Positions 38,330 through 51,360 of a stretch of 64,000 nt of DNA are shown here, piece after piece. The position numbers and the translations under genes are program-made. The stretch spans positions 6,448,001-6,512,000 of the forward strand of contig CDPCPM010000049.1 of assembly GCA_976551045.1 (NCBI GenBank), given 5' to 3'. The notes under the pieces are model-generated. The model ran no database searches, was not told the DNA's origin, and worked only from the letters and a program-made list of their open reading frames with translations. The stretch comes from Glaucostegus cemiculus. Lineage: Eukaryota. Position 1 is the stretch's first letter. Every line of letters begins with the position of its first letter.

Positions 38330-39560
38330 TGAGGCATGAGAACTAGTACTGGGGAAGGAGAGAGCTTTTCCATTGGAATGGGCTTCCCCAAAACCATGCG
38401 GGGACCAGTGTCCTGGTGAATTGCATAAGTAGGGTTGTTAGATAAGGCTTTAAACTAAGAAGGAGGAAGTTTTCCATGGACAGGATGCTTAATAAATCAG
38501 GAGGAAATATGAGACCGGCAGCAAATGATAGTGATGGTTAAAGTGTAACAAGGGGCAGAAAGTGTAAGCCAAAGTATGCAGCACGAAGTAAATCCAGAGT
38601 AAGTAAAAAGTGTAAAACAAACAAAGCTTAATATTCTTTACTTGAATGCACATGGCATTTGCAACAAAATAGATAAGCTGATGGCATGGAGAGCACTATA
38701 GGCAGATGATCTCAGTTATTATGGACATATGGTTGCAAAGTGAACAAGACTGGGTGCTTAGTATTCCAGGTTGTGTGATGTTTTAGAAGAATCTGCCAAA
38801 AGGGAAAGGAGGTGGGGTAGCATTGTTAATCAAGGAAGTTATCAGCGTGGTGTTGAGTTCCCGTGTCTGTGTGGGTTTCCTCCAGTTGCTCCGGTTTCCT
38901 CCCTCATTCCAAAGATGTACAGGTTAGGAAGTTATGGGCGTGCTATGTTGGCGTCGGAAGCGTGGTGACACTTGCGGGCTGCCCCCCGAAATCACTATGC
39001 AAAAGATATAGTTCACTGTGTGTTTTGATGTACATGTAACTAATAAAGATCTTATCAGATACAAGGGATAGTGACGTGGAATTGGTTTGGGTGGAAATCA
39101 TGGAAAGCGGGGGAAACAATACACAAGTGAGCATAGTCTACAGACCTCCAAAGTGTGGCCTCTTGATAAATCAAAGTATCAATGAGGAAATATCAAAAGT
39201 GTATTTGAAGGGAATGGGAGATTTTAATCTGGATGATGATTGGACAAAGTAAACTGGCAAGGGTATCGTAGAAGAAGAATTGGTGGAGTGAGTTAGGAAT
39301 TACTTCTTAGAGCAGTATGTTACGGAATCTACTCGGGGACAGGCAATTTCAGATCTGATCATGTGTAATGAGGAAGGATTTATTTTAAGGATCTCCTTGG
39401 AAGTAGTGACTACAATATGATAGAGTTTCAGATACAGGCTAAGGGAGAAAACATCAGGTACAAGAATGCAAATACTTCAAGGCTAAGTGAATAGCAGTGT
39501 ACATGGGAACTGAAATATAATGTGGAAAATTGTCACCTACTTTGTAAAAGAAAATAAAGA
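38330..39560 (+). mobile_element. CR1 fragment (ORF1 end + endonuclease), interrupted by a SINE
   Basis: LYLNA-like ctttacttgaatgca, GDFN ggagattttaat, gatctgatcatgtgtaatgag, agtagtgactacaatatg (SDHN-like). Collinear with 4480-5410. Confidence 0.8.
38857..39057 (+). mobile_element. 5'-truncated V-SINE nested in CR1
   Basis: cccgtgtctgtgtgggtttcctccagttgctccggtttcctccc V-domain, CpG-rich body, tail taataaagatcttatc. Confidence 0.85.
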
Positions 39561-41077
39561 GCCCAAGTAATTTTTTTCATCATGATTGGAACCCATTCAA
39601 TCCTAAGACTTCTAGTCATTGCAGTGAAATACAGCCCTATGTCATCTCATAGGTCCCAGGCCTCAACTATAGTCAAAGACAAACTTTGTGTCTGAATCTC
39701 AGCTGGTCAAGTGATGGTTTCTCTCTGCCATCAGAGTTCTCCTGTTGTTTTCTGCTGCCTGAGGAGGTTCATTTCTTGGGTATCTGACAGGAATATGTGA
39801 CAAGGGGAAGATGGTGCTTAGAGGAGGGCATATTATTAAGAACTACATGTCAATACCAATTTTATCCAGAAGTCAGTAGTGAGGAGGACAAATGGGTTAT
39901 GTGAGGAAATTGTTTTAGCCTTTGCCATAAATTGTGGACTTGGCATTGACCCTTCCCCTACTGTTCAGCTCCATCTCTTACAAGTTGTTGGAACACAAGG
40001 GAACACCGTTCCCATTAATATCACCCCTCCCCCAACTCTCTGGCTGGTTGGCACCAGTTGTGCATAACCCTTCTGTATACAGAGGACAAAGTGCATCAGT
40101 GAACCATCATTTAATAGGTTTGGGTAATGTGACTATCATGGTTGACTAGCTGCCAGGGTGTACATGCTGTGAAGATAATGGTGTGATGTTTAATCTTTGT
40201 GCATGAATTCTGATGGAGAATGCCAGTAGGGGAGTAATGGGAATGTGGTGAACTGCGCAGCAGAGATGCTATTGTTGCTGTTGCTAGGACATGGCATTTT
40301 AAGATGTAATCACTAACTTTGGCCACATTTAAAATAACTGCATTACTAATGGCAGTACCCTGGGGTTCCTGGGACCAAGTTTCTGGCATGTCTCTCTGTG
40401 GCTATCTAGTGCTGCTGCCTTCTCAGTGTGTGTTTGGAAGGCTTCCTGCCAAACTACAGATACAATGCATTTTTCCACCATCTCCACTCAGACCTCCAGT
40501 ACAGAGTCAAAATACCTTGGTGCCTTCTCTCTCCCATGGTCAAGCATTATTGATTTTTGCATGACTGTATACTGAATGACCTTATTATCTCCAACAATCA
40601 CAACTCAAATTCCCTTTAAGAGATGAAGGCTAGTTTTAAAAGAGATTCCCTGTCTGACTGGAAGTTGCAGTCATTATAATGAACAGACTGCGTGAGATTT
40701 GTTGTATAGCCTGCAACATATTAAAATGTTGAGGCTTAATTACACATTAAGGTCCTAATGCTTCACAATCTCTATACTCATATTCTGGTCGATCCAATTC
40801 AGGGACCAAAAGAATCTATAATCATTTGGAGTAGTATACAATGAGTCAGTGCTTTGAAATGAATTTGGATTTGAATTCATTTGTTGCAGTGTGATAATAG
40901 TTATGCTTTAATGTTTTTCATCAAATAATCTCGAAGGCCAATCATAATATGAAAAGAACTTGAATGTTAACTAATCTCTATGCTCCTGATCAGTTCAAAC
41001 CTAAGGTAGCAAAGCTGAAACTTGGTTTTGTACTTTGAACTATATATTGCCTCCAGTCAATGTGAATTTCTTTACTC

Positions 41078-41709
41078 TGTCACGTACCAGCAACAAAAGA
41101 AACACACCAAGTCATGTATAAGTGTTAGATACTATATTATTAATAACTACTTATGATAATAAGAAAAATAAAAGTAAAAATGTTAGAATGTTAGAAGTAA
41201 AAGTGTTAGATCTTAAATGTTAACCTAAAGAATAAACTCGAAGTGTGTGAGGCAAATTCCCAAACTCCAAGTCCAGGAATAGTTCTCAAAGTTCAGTTCA
41301 GCATGCCATAAGGTGAAATGTGAGCAAAGGTTTCTACAAAACCACCATTGACTGAAGAGGAAATGTAGAGAGAAAATAGAGAGAAATTACAAAATCCAAA
41401 TGTTCCACGATGAAACCCGTACGACACCTCAATCACTGATGATCTCCATTCCTTTGTTCCAGAGTATCTGCCACCCCAAAAAGCATCCGAGCAATGACCG
41501 TCCACAGAAATACCTGTTTCCTTCTACAGGTTAATGACAAAGTGGACTGCACTGGCACTGGCACTCTGCGCGTACACACACACACACACTCACACACACA
41601 CTCACACTCACTCACTCACTCACACTCACTCACACTCACTCACTCTCTCTCGCTCCACTGTGCTATGTCTTAAAGGAACAATCACCAAATAGTAACCTAA
41701 TCTGTAACA
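41078..41709 (-). mobile_element. Probable solo LTR (~630 bp)
   Basis: Begins TGTCAC and ends GTAACA (TG...CA with short imperfect inverted termini). Size typical of an LTR, with an internal microsatellite. No TSD seen, and strand is tentative. Confidence 0.55.
41574..41652. repeat. Compound microsatellite (CA)n/(CACT)n/(CT)n
   Basis: Directly visible. Confidence 0.95.
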
Positions 41710-42164
41710 ACAATGGAAGTGAAGCATAAATAATTTCACTAAATTGAGAAATAGGCACCAAACCAATGGATGGCTTTGAATCAACTCTGCACCAACACCT
41801 TATAGTAATGAGTCATTTTTATTGCTGGACATGGACCCCAAAGTTTGAGACCATTTATTAGCTTAATGATTCCTATACACTCTGGTCCAGACTTTTGATT
41901 ACCGGCTGCAATTTTCACATACTCTGATATCCTCAGTCTTCTGAGAGTTGCCGCATGGTGAGGTGGGTGGAATTTTAACCTCCTAGTTACTCAGCTACCT
42001 TACCTCAGCAGATTTCACTGGCAAAATTCCACTATGCTTTCAGTGACTGCTCCATTAATAGTGTTTTTATTGCCATATCCCTACTACCCAGCTGCATCCC
42101 TTTACCTTGTGCCAAGTATCCACCATATCCATTTCTATAATAAAGGCACTCTGAATAAAGAGAG

Positions 42165-42410
42165 ATTTGCATTTTAATAGCATGCTTTATATGTCCCAAA
42201 ATGGATATCTGGAAGTCTACACTATTTAAAGAGATGTAGGAACCAAGATCTCATGAGTCACAGTGTGAAAATGACCAAATGGTCTATTTTGGTGATGTTG
42301 ACTAAAGAATAAATATTTCCCAGGAAACTGGAAAAAAGTACCTTTGGTCATCTTTAAAATAGTGCTATGGGATCTTTGTATCTAACCTGAGAGAACAGAC
42401 TTTCAATAAT
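42165..42410 (-). mobile_element. Deu-domain SINE (partial)
   Basis: atttgcattttaatagca...ataaatatttcccagga...aaatagtgctatgggatctttgtatctaacctgaga. Confidence 0.7.
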
Positions 42411-43649
42411 ATTTTACCTGTAATACCCTGAAATATTACTTGCATAGAAGATGCACTATATTAATCCAAGTTGTTAAAATGCCCAAGTTTATCTGACCAT
42501 TTTTCTAACGTTGGAGATTGGCCATGGAAGTTACCTTTGACTTCTCTGGGACTTAAGACGTGTTTTGTCACAGTGTCCCGACTGGAGCACTATACAGCAT
42601 AAGCACAACATCCAAGATTAAAATTCAAACATTTCTTTCTTTTGACACAATGCCGAGTCATTTCAATGGCTTTAAGAACTTCCACATTTATCAAGAAATG
42701 TGCTCTTATAACATTGACATGTAGTAATCTTACCGTATCAATGATTGATTGGAGGATGTTGAGAAGGAATATAATTTCACTGTTGTCAGGGTGTCCTTTG
42801 AACCAGAGTCCTTTAAAGTGGAAAAACACTTTGTTTAATGGCAGAAGATAAATTGCATCTTAGCACACAACTCAGATTTGAAATTTTGGCTTTTTAAAAC
42901 ATAAAGTGAACAATTTTCAGAAAGTTGTAGATAATTCTGTATGAAAGGAAAGTGGAACTCTCACGTTAGCATGTCTGACTGTGTAATAAGTTATTTCTGC
43001 CTCGTACTTGCAGTTAAAATCTTGCCACATGCATAGTTAATAGTCTTTGATTTTAACTTTAAAAATTGTACCAGAACTGACATTTGGCAGCACTAATATC
43101 AGTTCAGGTTTTAAAATATTAAGTTTCAACTATTTGGAATCTTCTGTTAAGAGATTAACAGGTTTGGTCAAACTGGAATTGTGCTCACCAAATTCAGACT
43201 GAATAAAATATTGAAGCAACAGTTTGTTTGTGCGCACAAACATGCCATAATATTAGCTCAGTAATCAAATAAACAGGGAAGGGTTAGTGAGGTAGTGCCA
43301 TCTATGTGTTTGCCTTATCCCTTCTAAATTTAATTTGTGCAAACACCAACACCCTTTCCTGAAATCCCACTGCCAATGCAAATTGGAGAAGTGGGGACAG
43401 AGGTTGGTGATAGTGAGATGGAAAAAGTGGGAGAAATGTCAGGACCTGGGAAGGATGCAGGAATTCTGGTTTGGTGGTTGTTTATGCTGGCATTCATCAA
43501 AAGGGCACCAGCCCGAGACTGGTCTGGTTTACACTGGCGCCAACTTGGAACTCTCCGTTCTGGCAGCCATTCCATTTAAACAGAAGCACTGATTTTTGAA
43601 ACTGATCTGATCTGTTGCCACAGCACACAAAGCTTAAAAATTTGACTGC

Positions 43650-43920
43650 AAAGCTATTGGTAGAGCAGAAAAGCTTGAGGCAAGATGAGGAGATTTTTGT
43701 TTTCTTTTCATGAAAAGTTGTACTGATCTAAAATACTTAAATTGGAAGGGTGGTGGAAGAAGATTCAATGGTATCTTTAAAAATGGTTTTGGATAAAGAA
43801 TTGCAGGCAGAGGATTTTAAAGCAGTGGGAAAAGAGCAAGGGAGTGGAACTAATCAGATAACCCCTTCAAGGAATTGGCATGGACAGAATGGACTGAATA
43901 ATCTCCTTCTGAATTGGAAG
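43650..43920 (+). mobile_element. Decayed CR1 3' end
   Basis: gatgaggaga...gggtggtggaagaagattcaat...gggaaaagagcaagggagtggaacta. Confidence 0.6.
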
Positions 43921-44629
43921 ATTTAAGATGCATTTTGGTTCCATTGTATCTTGAGTGCAAGAGGGAAAAATTAATTTTGTGTGCTCTGGTTCTTGTGGTG
44001 GTTTAACAATAACCATTCCTCTCACCGCCAGCCAAAACCTAACAAACTTGCATTTCAAGAGTAAGGGTGTTAGATTAATGAACTGAAATTTTTCACATTC
44101 TTCTTGTAACATGTTTGATCAGTACAGGCTGTCATTTGGTTCTCCAATTCAGTGTGCTAATCTATTCATTTTAATAGGAAATGCATTCATATAGTGCATT
44201 TGGAATTTTCTAGCGATCATTATGCTAACCAGTAAAAGAACAACCTCTTTAAATGAAATTAAAATTTTGTAATGCTGTGAATAAAGTTAGAAGGACTTAG
44301 GAGTTATTGAAAGTTAGAAAAGAGGAGAGGATTTATGTAGCAATTTGCATCCAATGAAATATTGTCATGGTTTTAATGTAGAAAATACAGCAGTCAATTA
44401 GTATATAGAAAAGGGAGGGGAAGAATAGTTCCTTGAAATGGAAATTTTAAAACTGAAATAAAGAAGTTTAAATTGAAGCAAAGAGCTAACTTCCAGAAGG
44501 GCATTTGATCAAAGGTGACATTAACCGGCTCTGGTAAAACTGAACGTAACGTGTATCAAATAAAAGCAATCCAATGATGTAGTTAAACCTTTTGTAGTTT
44601 CCTTGTCTTTGTTAAGGATCAATCAGTCT

Positions 44630-45300
44630 TGCCCCAGTGTATCACTGTCCACCCAATCACCTTCAGCTGCTTCACTGCTGACTTTCCTTCCATCAGCAAG
44701 TGAAACGGTGGAGCAATGTTCAATTCCATTTACAGCTCCTCAGATAATAAAGCAGACTGAGTCTTAATGCAGCAGAACCAAAACAGCATTCCAAATAGGC
44801 TGATATGTTGCAAGGAACAATTATTCCATGTGTCATTTTTGCACCACAGACAATTCCACCTTCAAGAAGAGAGTTTACCCACTCCAGAATCTCAATGGAA
44901 CCAGTTGTGTAATAACTGGCTTCAAAATCAGATCAGAGTTTGGGCATTTTCTGATAGCAAAGCCTTTCTACTATCTACAAGGCACATCAGGATTAAGATG
45001 GAACATTTATCATATGCCTGGTTGAATGCAGTTACAACAGTACTTAAAGCTTGATAGCATCCAGGACAAAACAGCCTACTTGATCGGCAACCCATCTACC
45101 AGTAAGCATACATTCGCTCCACCATCAGCACACTGTGTCTGTAGTGTGCACCCTCTTGAAAAAGGCACTTATTTCAGTCACTTAGGTTACTTCAACAGCA
45201 TCCCCAGACCCACAACCTATATCACCAAGGGCCCCAAGGAAAATAGGAACACCATTGCCTGCACATTCCCCTCCAAGTCTCTCACCCTTCTGACTCAGAA
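44630..45300 (+). mobile_element. CR1/L2-group LINE RT and 3' region
   Basis: cccaatcaccttcagctgcttcactgctgactttccttccatc (PTIFSCFINDLPS-like), IYKAxxRxxMEH, KLDSIQDKTAYLIG. Confidence 0.7.
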
Positions 45301-45339
45301 GTAGGCTGGGGTATCCTTTGGTGCGTGACTTAATAGTTT

Positions 45340-45880
45340 TCAGTGAGCTGAATGTCTTGGCGAAACCCAAACTAAGCTTCAGTGAGTTAGTGCAAGTTGA
45401 TAGCACTGCCACCGACACATTCTATCAGTTTTTTAACGATTCAGGGTTGCACGAGGAGGCGATAGTTGAATTGGACTTGTCATGCTTTTTGTGGACAGAA
45501 CATTCTTGGGTAGTTTTCCACATTGTCTGTGGATACACGTACTTTAACGGCACTTGAACTACTTAGCTGGAAGTGTAACAGGTTCTGGAGCAGTCAAACT
45601 CATGACTGAGCTGGGATGTTGTCTCGTGCCTGCTATATCCAGCAATCACTGTCATTTCCTGCAACTGTCTGGACTGAGGACGCTTGGCTGAAGACGAGCA
45701 TCTGTGATTGCAAGAATCTTGGGAGGAAGCAGAAATTGGTCATCCACTTACAACTTTAGTACTGAAAGTGGTTCCAAAAGCTTCAGCCTTGCCTTTGGCA
45801 GACGGATTGAGCTCCGTCACCATTTATGACAGGGTTGTTCTCCTCCTCTCACTGGCTGCTAAATTGTCCACCACTGAATA
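45340..45880 (-). mobile_element. Old LINE fragment in reverse orientation
   Basis: gtggacagaacattcttgggtagttttccacattgtc...acaggttctggagca resembles the reverse-strand RT-upstream region of the same LINE group. Confidence 0.45.
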
Positions 45881-48800
45881 CGGGAGGTCTACAAACATTT
45901 GAACCAACCTCTTAACATGATAACTTCACGCAGTGAGATCTTGTAAAGTTTCCCAAAGCAGAGGGTAGGCACTCTCAGAGAAGAAGCTAATTGGTTGTTC
46001 AAAAATTCTGGGAAATTAATGACTGAATATGCATAAATCTCAATGTTTATTTTATCAATGTTTTGTGTTAAAACATACAAAATATAGAAGGGAATGCTCA
46101 AAACTAACAATATATTGTTTGTTAAGTTGAAGTTTGGCTATTTTGTTTAGAATCGGGTTTTTAAATGGCTGATGGGGCAGGCCTCTCTCAAGGTTGTGGT
46201 AAGGTTGGAATGGAAACACAATTCTAAAAACAAATATTTGCCATTCAGTATCTATTCTTGGAGTGGAGAATGGTGGGAGGGAGATGGGACATGGGGTTTG
46301 GAATAAACAAAGCTCCCTCTGAAGTGGGGTGCAGCAAAAATTTGATTGGGAACCTCTGGCTTTGAGCCTATAGAAAACAATACTAATAGGAGAAAAAGAT
46401 CTCTTCAAACAAATATGTAAAATTCCAATTTCTTAAGTAACCATGACCTTGTTTATAGATCAGCATAAAACACAACAGCAGAACCATTCACAGTCTCTAA
46501 CAAACTGCAAAGAGTGATCTGTCTCCTCTCCTGCACAGTAGGTTTCTACATATGATGCAGTCTTTCCTTATACCACTCGTTTACAGCATCTGACTACACA
46601 GAACTCAAGGGTATGACTTACCTTGTGGAATTAATTGATCATCTGTCAGAAAGTGAGAAAGTAGCTCCATCTCCAAGCAGTGAGATCCTTGATCTTGACA
46701 GGAAAAAAGTACACTTCAACAAAAACCTTGACACAAAGCAGAGCGTTTATCTAAGTGAAATTCTTCAGTTTGCACTGCATTAATTGTTAACTGATATGAA
46801 TTTGCAGAACAGTAACTAAAAAACCCAGAAACACTTTCAACTTTCTTTGCAGTGTATTGAAAGGAAATCTGGTTTCAATTTGAATATAATTAAAGGTCAT
46901 ATTGGCCTCTGGAGGACACTCTAACCAACACTCAATTTTTGTGTATTGTGAATGTGCATTCTCAATGTGGAGTCTCTTTAAATGTGGTTTTTAGTCCTGC
47001 AGTTGTTTGTTGGAGATAAGAGGCTGCAGGCCCTGTTTTGTAAAACGCATATGAATACTTCTGTGGACCAATGGCAACCCCACCACAACACAAGGAAAAT
47101 TACAAGCTATTTTTGCTGTGAATATTTCTGAAGTGGCTATTATGTTTTTTTAATCATTCCCTGGTTTCTCCTTTTAGCCCCTACCTTACAAAATTACCCT
47201 AAAGTTAGGGATTTGTATTGGATTCCATTTTATTTTCTGGATGAGATCTTAAACTGTGTTCCTACCTGTTCAGGTGGAAAGAAATGGCTTTAATTTAAAA
47301 AATTGGAAGGTCGTCCACTGTCCTAACCTAAATCTGTCCCTGAACCAAGTCCGCCTCTTCCTTAGCTCACTGCTATTTACCCTGCTTGCCTGTGTGGAGA
47401 TTGGTGCTTTTGCTTCTGCAGTATAAAATTGGAATTCAGAATTAACGTACGGGTTGTGAAATGCTGTAGTACAGCCCAGATGTGAATGACTGTATATAAG
47501 TACAAGACACTTGAATACATGTTATTGCCCCTGCCATCTCCATTCTTGGAATCACTTCCATGTGAGAACACTACCTTTTGCTGTGTGGGCACTGGGAGTG
47601 GTCGAGTGACAAGATGTGTAGAAATGACCAACTCTTTGGGTCCACCTCTGGCCTTTGTAATGAGAACTGTGTATGATTGCCTCAAAGTGACTTTTCTTTT
47701 GGTATTCTTTCATCATTCATTCATTCAACTGCATGATTGGGAAAACAATTATTTGAGTGTGAAGCATGTAGTGAACTTGTCCCCATCCTACATTTCAGCA
47801 CACCAGCAACCATTATGCCTGTAGGCTCTTTTATGTTGCTGCTTGCAAAGGGAAATGACAGAGATAGCAACACAACATTGAAGGCAATAACTCTGAACTA
47901 AAGACAGTGTCCTGTACCACGATTAAAAGTCAAATTCATATGATACCCTTATTCCATAAAGGTACACTTAAACTTGGTTGTTCCTTCTTTAAAATATATA
48001 AATTAACTCATGCAAAGCATTGACTATTTATATACAATTAGTTATACACTTAACTGGTTGCATCAATCCACAGTTGTAAATTCAACCAGCTATAAATTTG
48101 TTCAATCACCTGGTCTCCTCCTCCACTGAACTACCTCACTATAGCTCCTTGTTTGTGGCCTCTTGTAATGGCCCAAGAGTTGTCCCGAGAACTGACTCGC
48201 TCATCCTGTTAAAACACGGCACTGACTTGCCGTGGAGGTTTGCGAAAAGTTCCATTGTTCTGAGGTTACCAAGTCATCATCCATTTGTCTAGGGCTAATC
48301 ATGATGGGCTGTATTTTACTGGTCCCTGTCTCTGAACATCTTTCCTCTGGGACTCCTCGCCCTGATCTGTTTCTCTTAGCAGCTTGTTGATCTGCTTCTC
48401 TACCTCATGGTGGCCTTCACAGGGGCTTCTGCAGTTAACACCATCTACCCTGGGACTTCACTGCCATAACGGTGCAATACCTACTTCACTTATTGGCCCA
48501 TGGTCAGCTGGACATATGTCTGGCCCTTGCTGGCAAGCACCCAAGCGGTTAGCACTGTGAATCCATTACTTCTGAAAAATGTCTCAGTATTCTCTGTACA
48601 TCTTTGAAGATATATTCTTTGTTACAGTTACCCACTCTCAGTGCAAATCCACTCCGGAGATTTCACCTTCCCATCCATGCCCATGTGACTTCACCACAGC
48701 TCTTGGTGCTATGCTGTCCAACTTCCTTTCAAATTCCTTAGTATCCAACATCTGCATACTTCAGCCAAACTATTGTCTTGCTTTGCCCCAGAAAGTTCTC

Positions 48801-50974
48801 ACATTTAACCGTTAATGTTAACTTTCAGCCCAAGCTTCGTGCTCCTTGCTAGACAGACTGTCAGTAAAGTCCTTCCGAATGCAGCTGGTGCATCACTACC
48901 TGTATTTCGATGGCCACACCTGCCTTCACTACATTCTCATCCTGATTGTACCTTCTTTCATTATTCATGATGGTTGTTAGTAGTGATCACACCCACCATT
49001 TCCCATGATTATATCATTGGAAATTCAGCCTATAGCCCTGATTTGCTAGTGTCTCCTAGCTGGTCACCTTGCAGAGCCTCATGAGACTATTTGACCAGTA
49101 GTCTGCTTGGGCAGACCCTGTGTACCCTAAAGTGCGAGTGGCTCCTAGATCTCCTCACCATCCAATGATTCTTTCAAAAACACAGCCCCTCAATCCAACT
49201 GGTTTTACTGTCGATGCCACCAATTGTTAGTACATAACCCTGTCCTGTAATTATGGTAGACAAGTCACTACAAGTTAAATTTGTCTCTCCTAGCAACAGC
49301 TCACTTTTCTCATAACTTGGAGTGCCCGTTATACACATGTGCAGAACACTATTTTTCACAACCTCAATGGAAAACAGTTGAGGTATTTCAAATTCATTTC
49401 CTGGCCTATGACAGATCAACTTGCTGTGAATCAATGCAACCACCTGTACTTGCTTCCTAATGAAGTCACCTTAATACTGACCTATCATCCGGCTCAGGTG
49501 TGCATTTAACATCATTCATAATTCCCATTTCCACCTCCCGATTATCCAATTTTGCCTTGTGTAGAGCATCCTAGCAGGAATGTTCCATACCCTTGATACA
49601 TACCTCAGATACTTTCCAACAAAGTTTATTCACCAGTGCACCAATAGACCATATCTCTCAAGAGTCTACAGATGAGACCTTCTACTTCATTTTGAAGGGC
49701 CTAAGATGCTCCAGTCCAATGTCCAAAAGCAACATCCAGTTGAATGTCAGAGATATGGGGTGCTGTTGCATGGGTAAGCCACCAGGATTCATGACTCCTT
49801 ATACATCCTGTCAATCCTCTGAAGCCCCGGGTGAAACTGGTGCAGAGCTGCTTCACATCTCCATTACTGCCTGCATTTCTACATGTGAAACAATTTCTCA
49901 TCCACTCTCAGTTTCTTTTTGTTTCCATTTTCCAAGTATGAGCAGAACAACTCTTCTTTCAGCTTATCAAGTCTTTGGTGTTCAAATACACTCTGGATTT
50001 AAGTTCAACCACTATCAATAAATTCCCTCCGCCAAAGAAGTCCAGAGCTCAGATTACAAAAGCAAAATTATATTGTTCGCAGTGAGTTGGAGTTCCTACA
50101 CCAGGGGATTCTTTAAACCTAATGGTAGACTGACGTTAGGAACATGAAAAGTTAAAATTAATTTTTATTAAGCTGATATTGCAGAACTTTTAACACTTTG
50201 AGAAACAAAGTTATAAAGAGATATGCAATAAAATTATGGAGAACAGTTGTAGGTCAGCCTTTTTGTGTAAACTAGAATTTCTATTGAAGCAACCTTTCAT
50301 AGTATGAAATGATAGTTACATCTCCTGATTTATCTGTTAACCATTGAATATTGGTGCCACATTATGGTGTGGCATTTTACTTTTCCAATTCCCAGGAAAT
50401 CTTTATACATTTGTTTTAAAGTATTGCAAGAGTTTTTGGCAAAATGGATGAGGAAGTGAAGTGGAGGATTGTGGAGGTGATGAAGAACTTGCAAGAATAT
50501 TGATTAATATTTGGGAAGGTGCACACAGGATTCTGAGATGTACTCCACTGCTGGAGGGCAATAAAACCAAGAGGACATCAGATATTAATTAAAATGACAC
50601 CCCTATTGACAGCAGATTGAGGGGCACCAAAAGAGGTCCAGGTGAGAAATCACAGTTTGGATAACAAATGATGAGCTGGCCCAGGTGGAGAGCTGCACTC
50701 AGCAGATTGGCAATGAGATTGTGGCAATAGCACAGAGTATGTTGAGGGGCATTCTGAGCTGGTATTAGAGCAGGAATTGGTGAGTGAGCAAATAGATAAA
50801 GAGATATGAGTCATAACGCCTGGTCATAAGGTGTTTTGCCAGGGTTGAGAGTGAAGCAGGTAGGTGTAACCTATCAGGGGAATGAAGAATTGGTTTCTAC
50901 TTAACTTCAGTGAAGTGACTTGGAGCCATGGTTTCTCAGTTGAGTGGAGAGTGGAGCAGGTTTTTAACCTGGTG

Positions 50975-51360
50975 TTAGCTATGGTTCAGCTGGTATCGTT
51001 CACCTCAGAGTCAAGGGGTTCTGTGTTTAACTCCCACTTCTGAAACTGGAGCACAACATTCCCAGCTCCCACTTCTGTGTAGTGTTGAGGGAGTGCAGAA
51101 CTTTTGGGTATGCAGCCTTGCAGAGGAGCCGTTAATCCCTGGCCCTGTCTGCTCTCTTGGGTGAATGTGAAAGATCCCTATGGCATTATTTCAAAGAAAG
51201 AAAGAAAGGACAGTTACCCTTCATATCTTGGCCAGCATTTACCCTCAGCCAACAACTCCAGATACAGATTACCTGGTCATTATCATGCTGTTGGCTGTGA
51301 GACCTTGTTCTTTGCATTTGGGCACTGCATTTTCCACAATATTGCACCACACTACAAAAG
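50975..51360 (+). mobile_element. Deu-domain SINE
   Basis: agagtcaagg...gagggagtgcag...aaagatccctatggcattatttcaaaga...ttggccagcatttaccctcagccaac...cagattacctggtcattatca. Confidence 0.85.

Noticed and set aside
41433-41615. Cys-rich ORF MSECECVCECVCVC
   Set aside because: Translation of the microsatellite.
41967-42032. 10-bp inverted repeat gtggaatttt...aaaattccac (mini-MITE?)
   Set aside because: No TSD and only one full instance in the window; cannot be separated from chance.
43292-43308. CTCF-like tagtgccatctatgtg
   Set aside because: Only part of the core matches; a single motif is not evidence.
48200-49900. Several 60-140 aa ORFs, with faint endonuclease-like GDF motif on the minus strand
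   Set aside because: No splice structure or recognisable domain; probably a very old LINE, but too decayed to assign.
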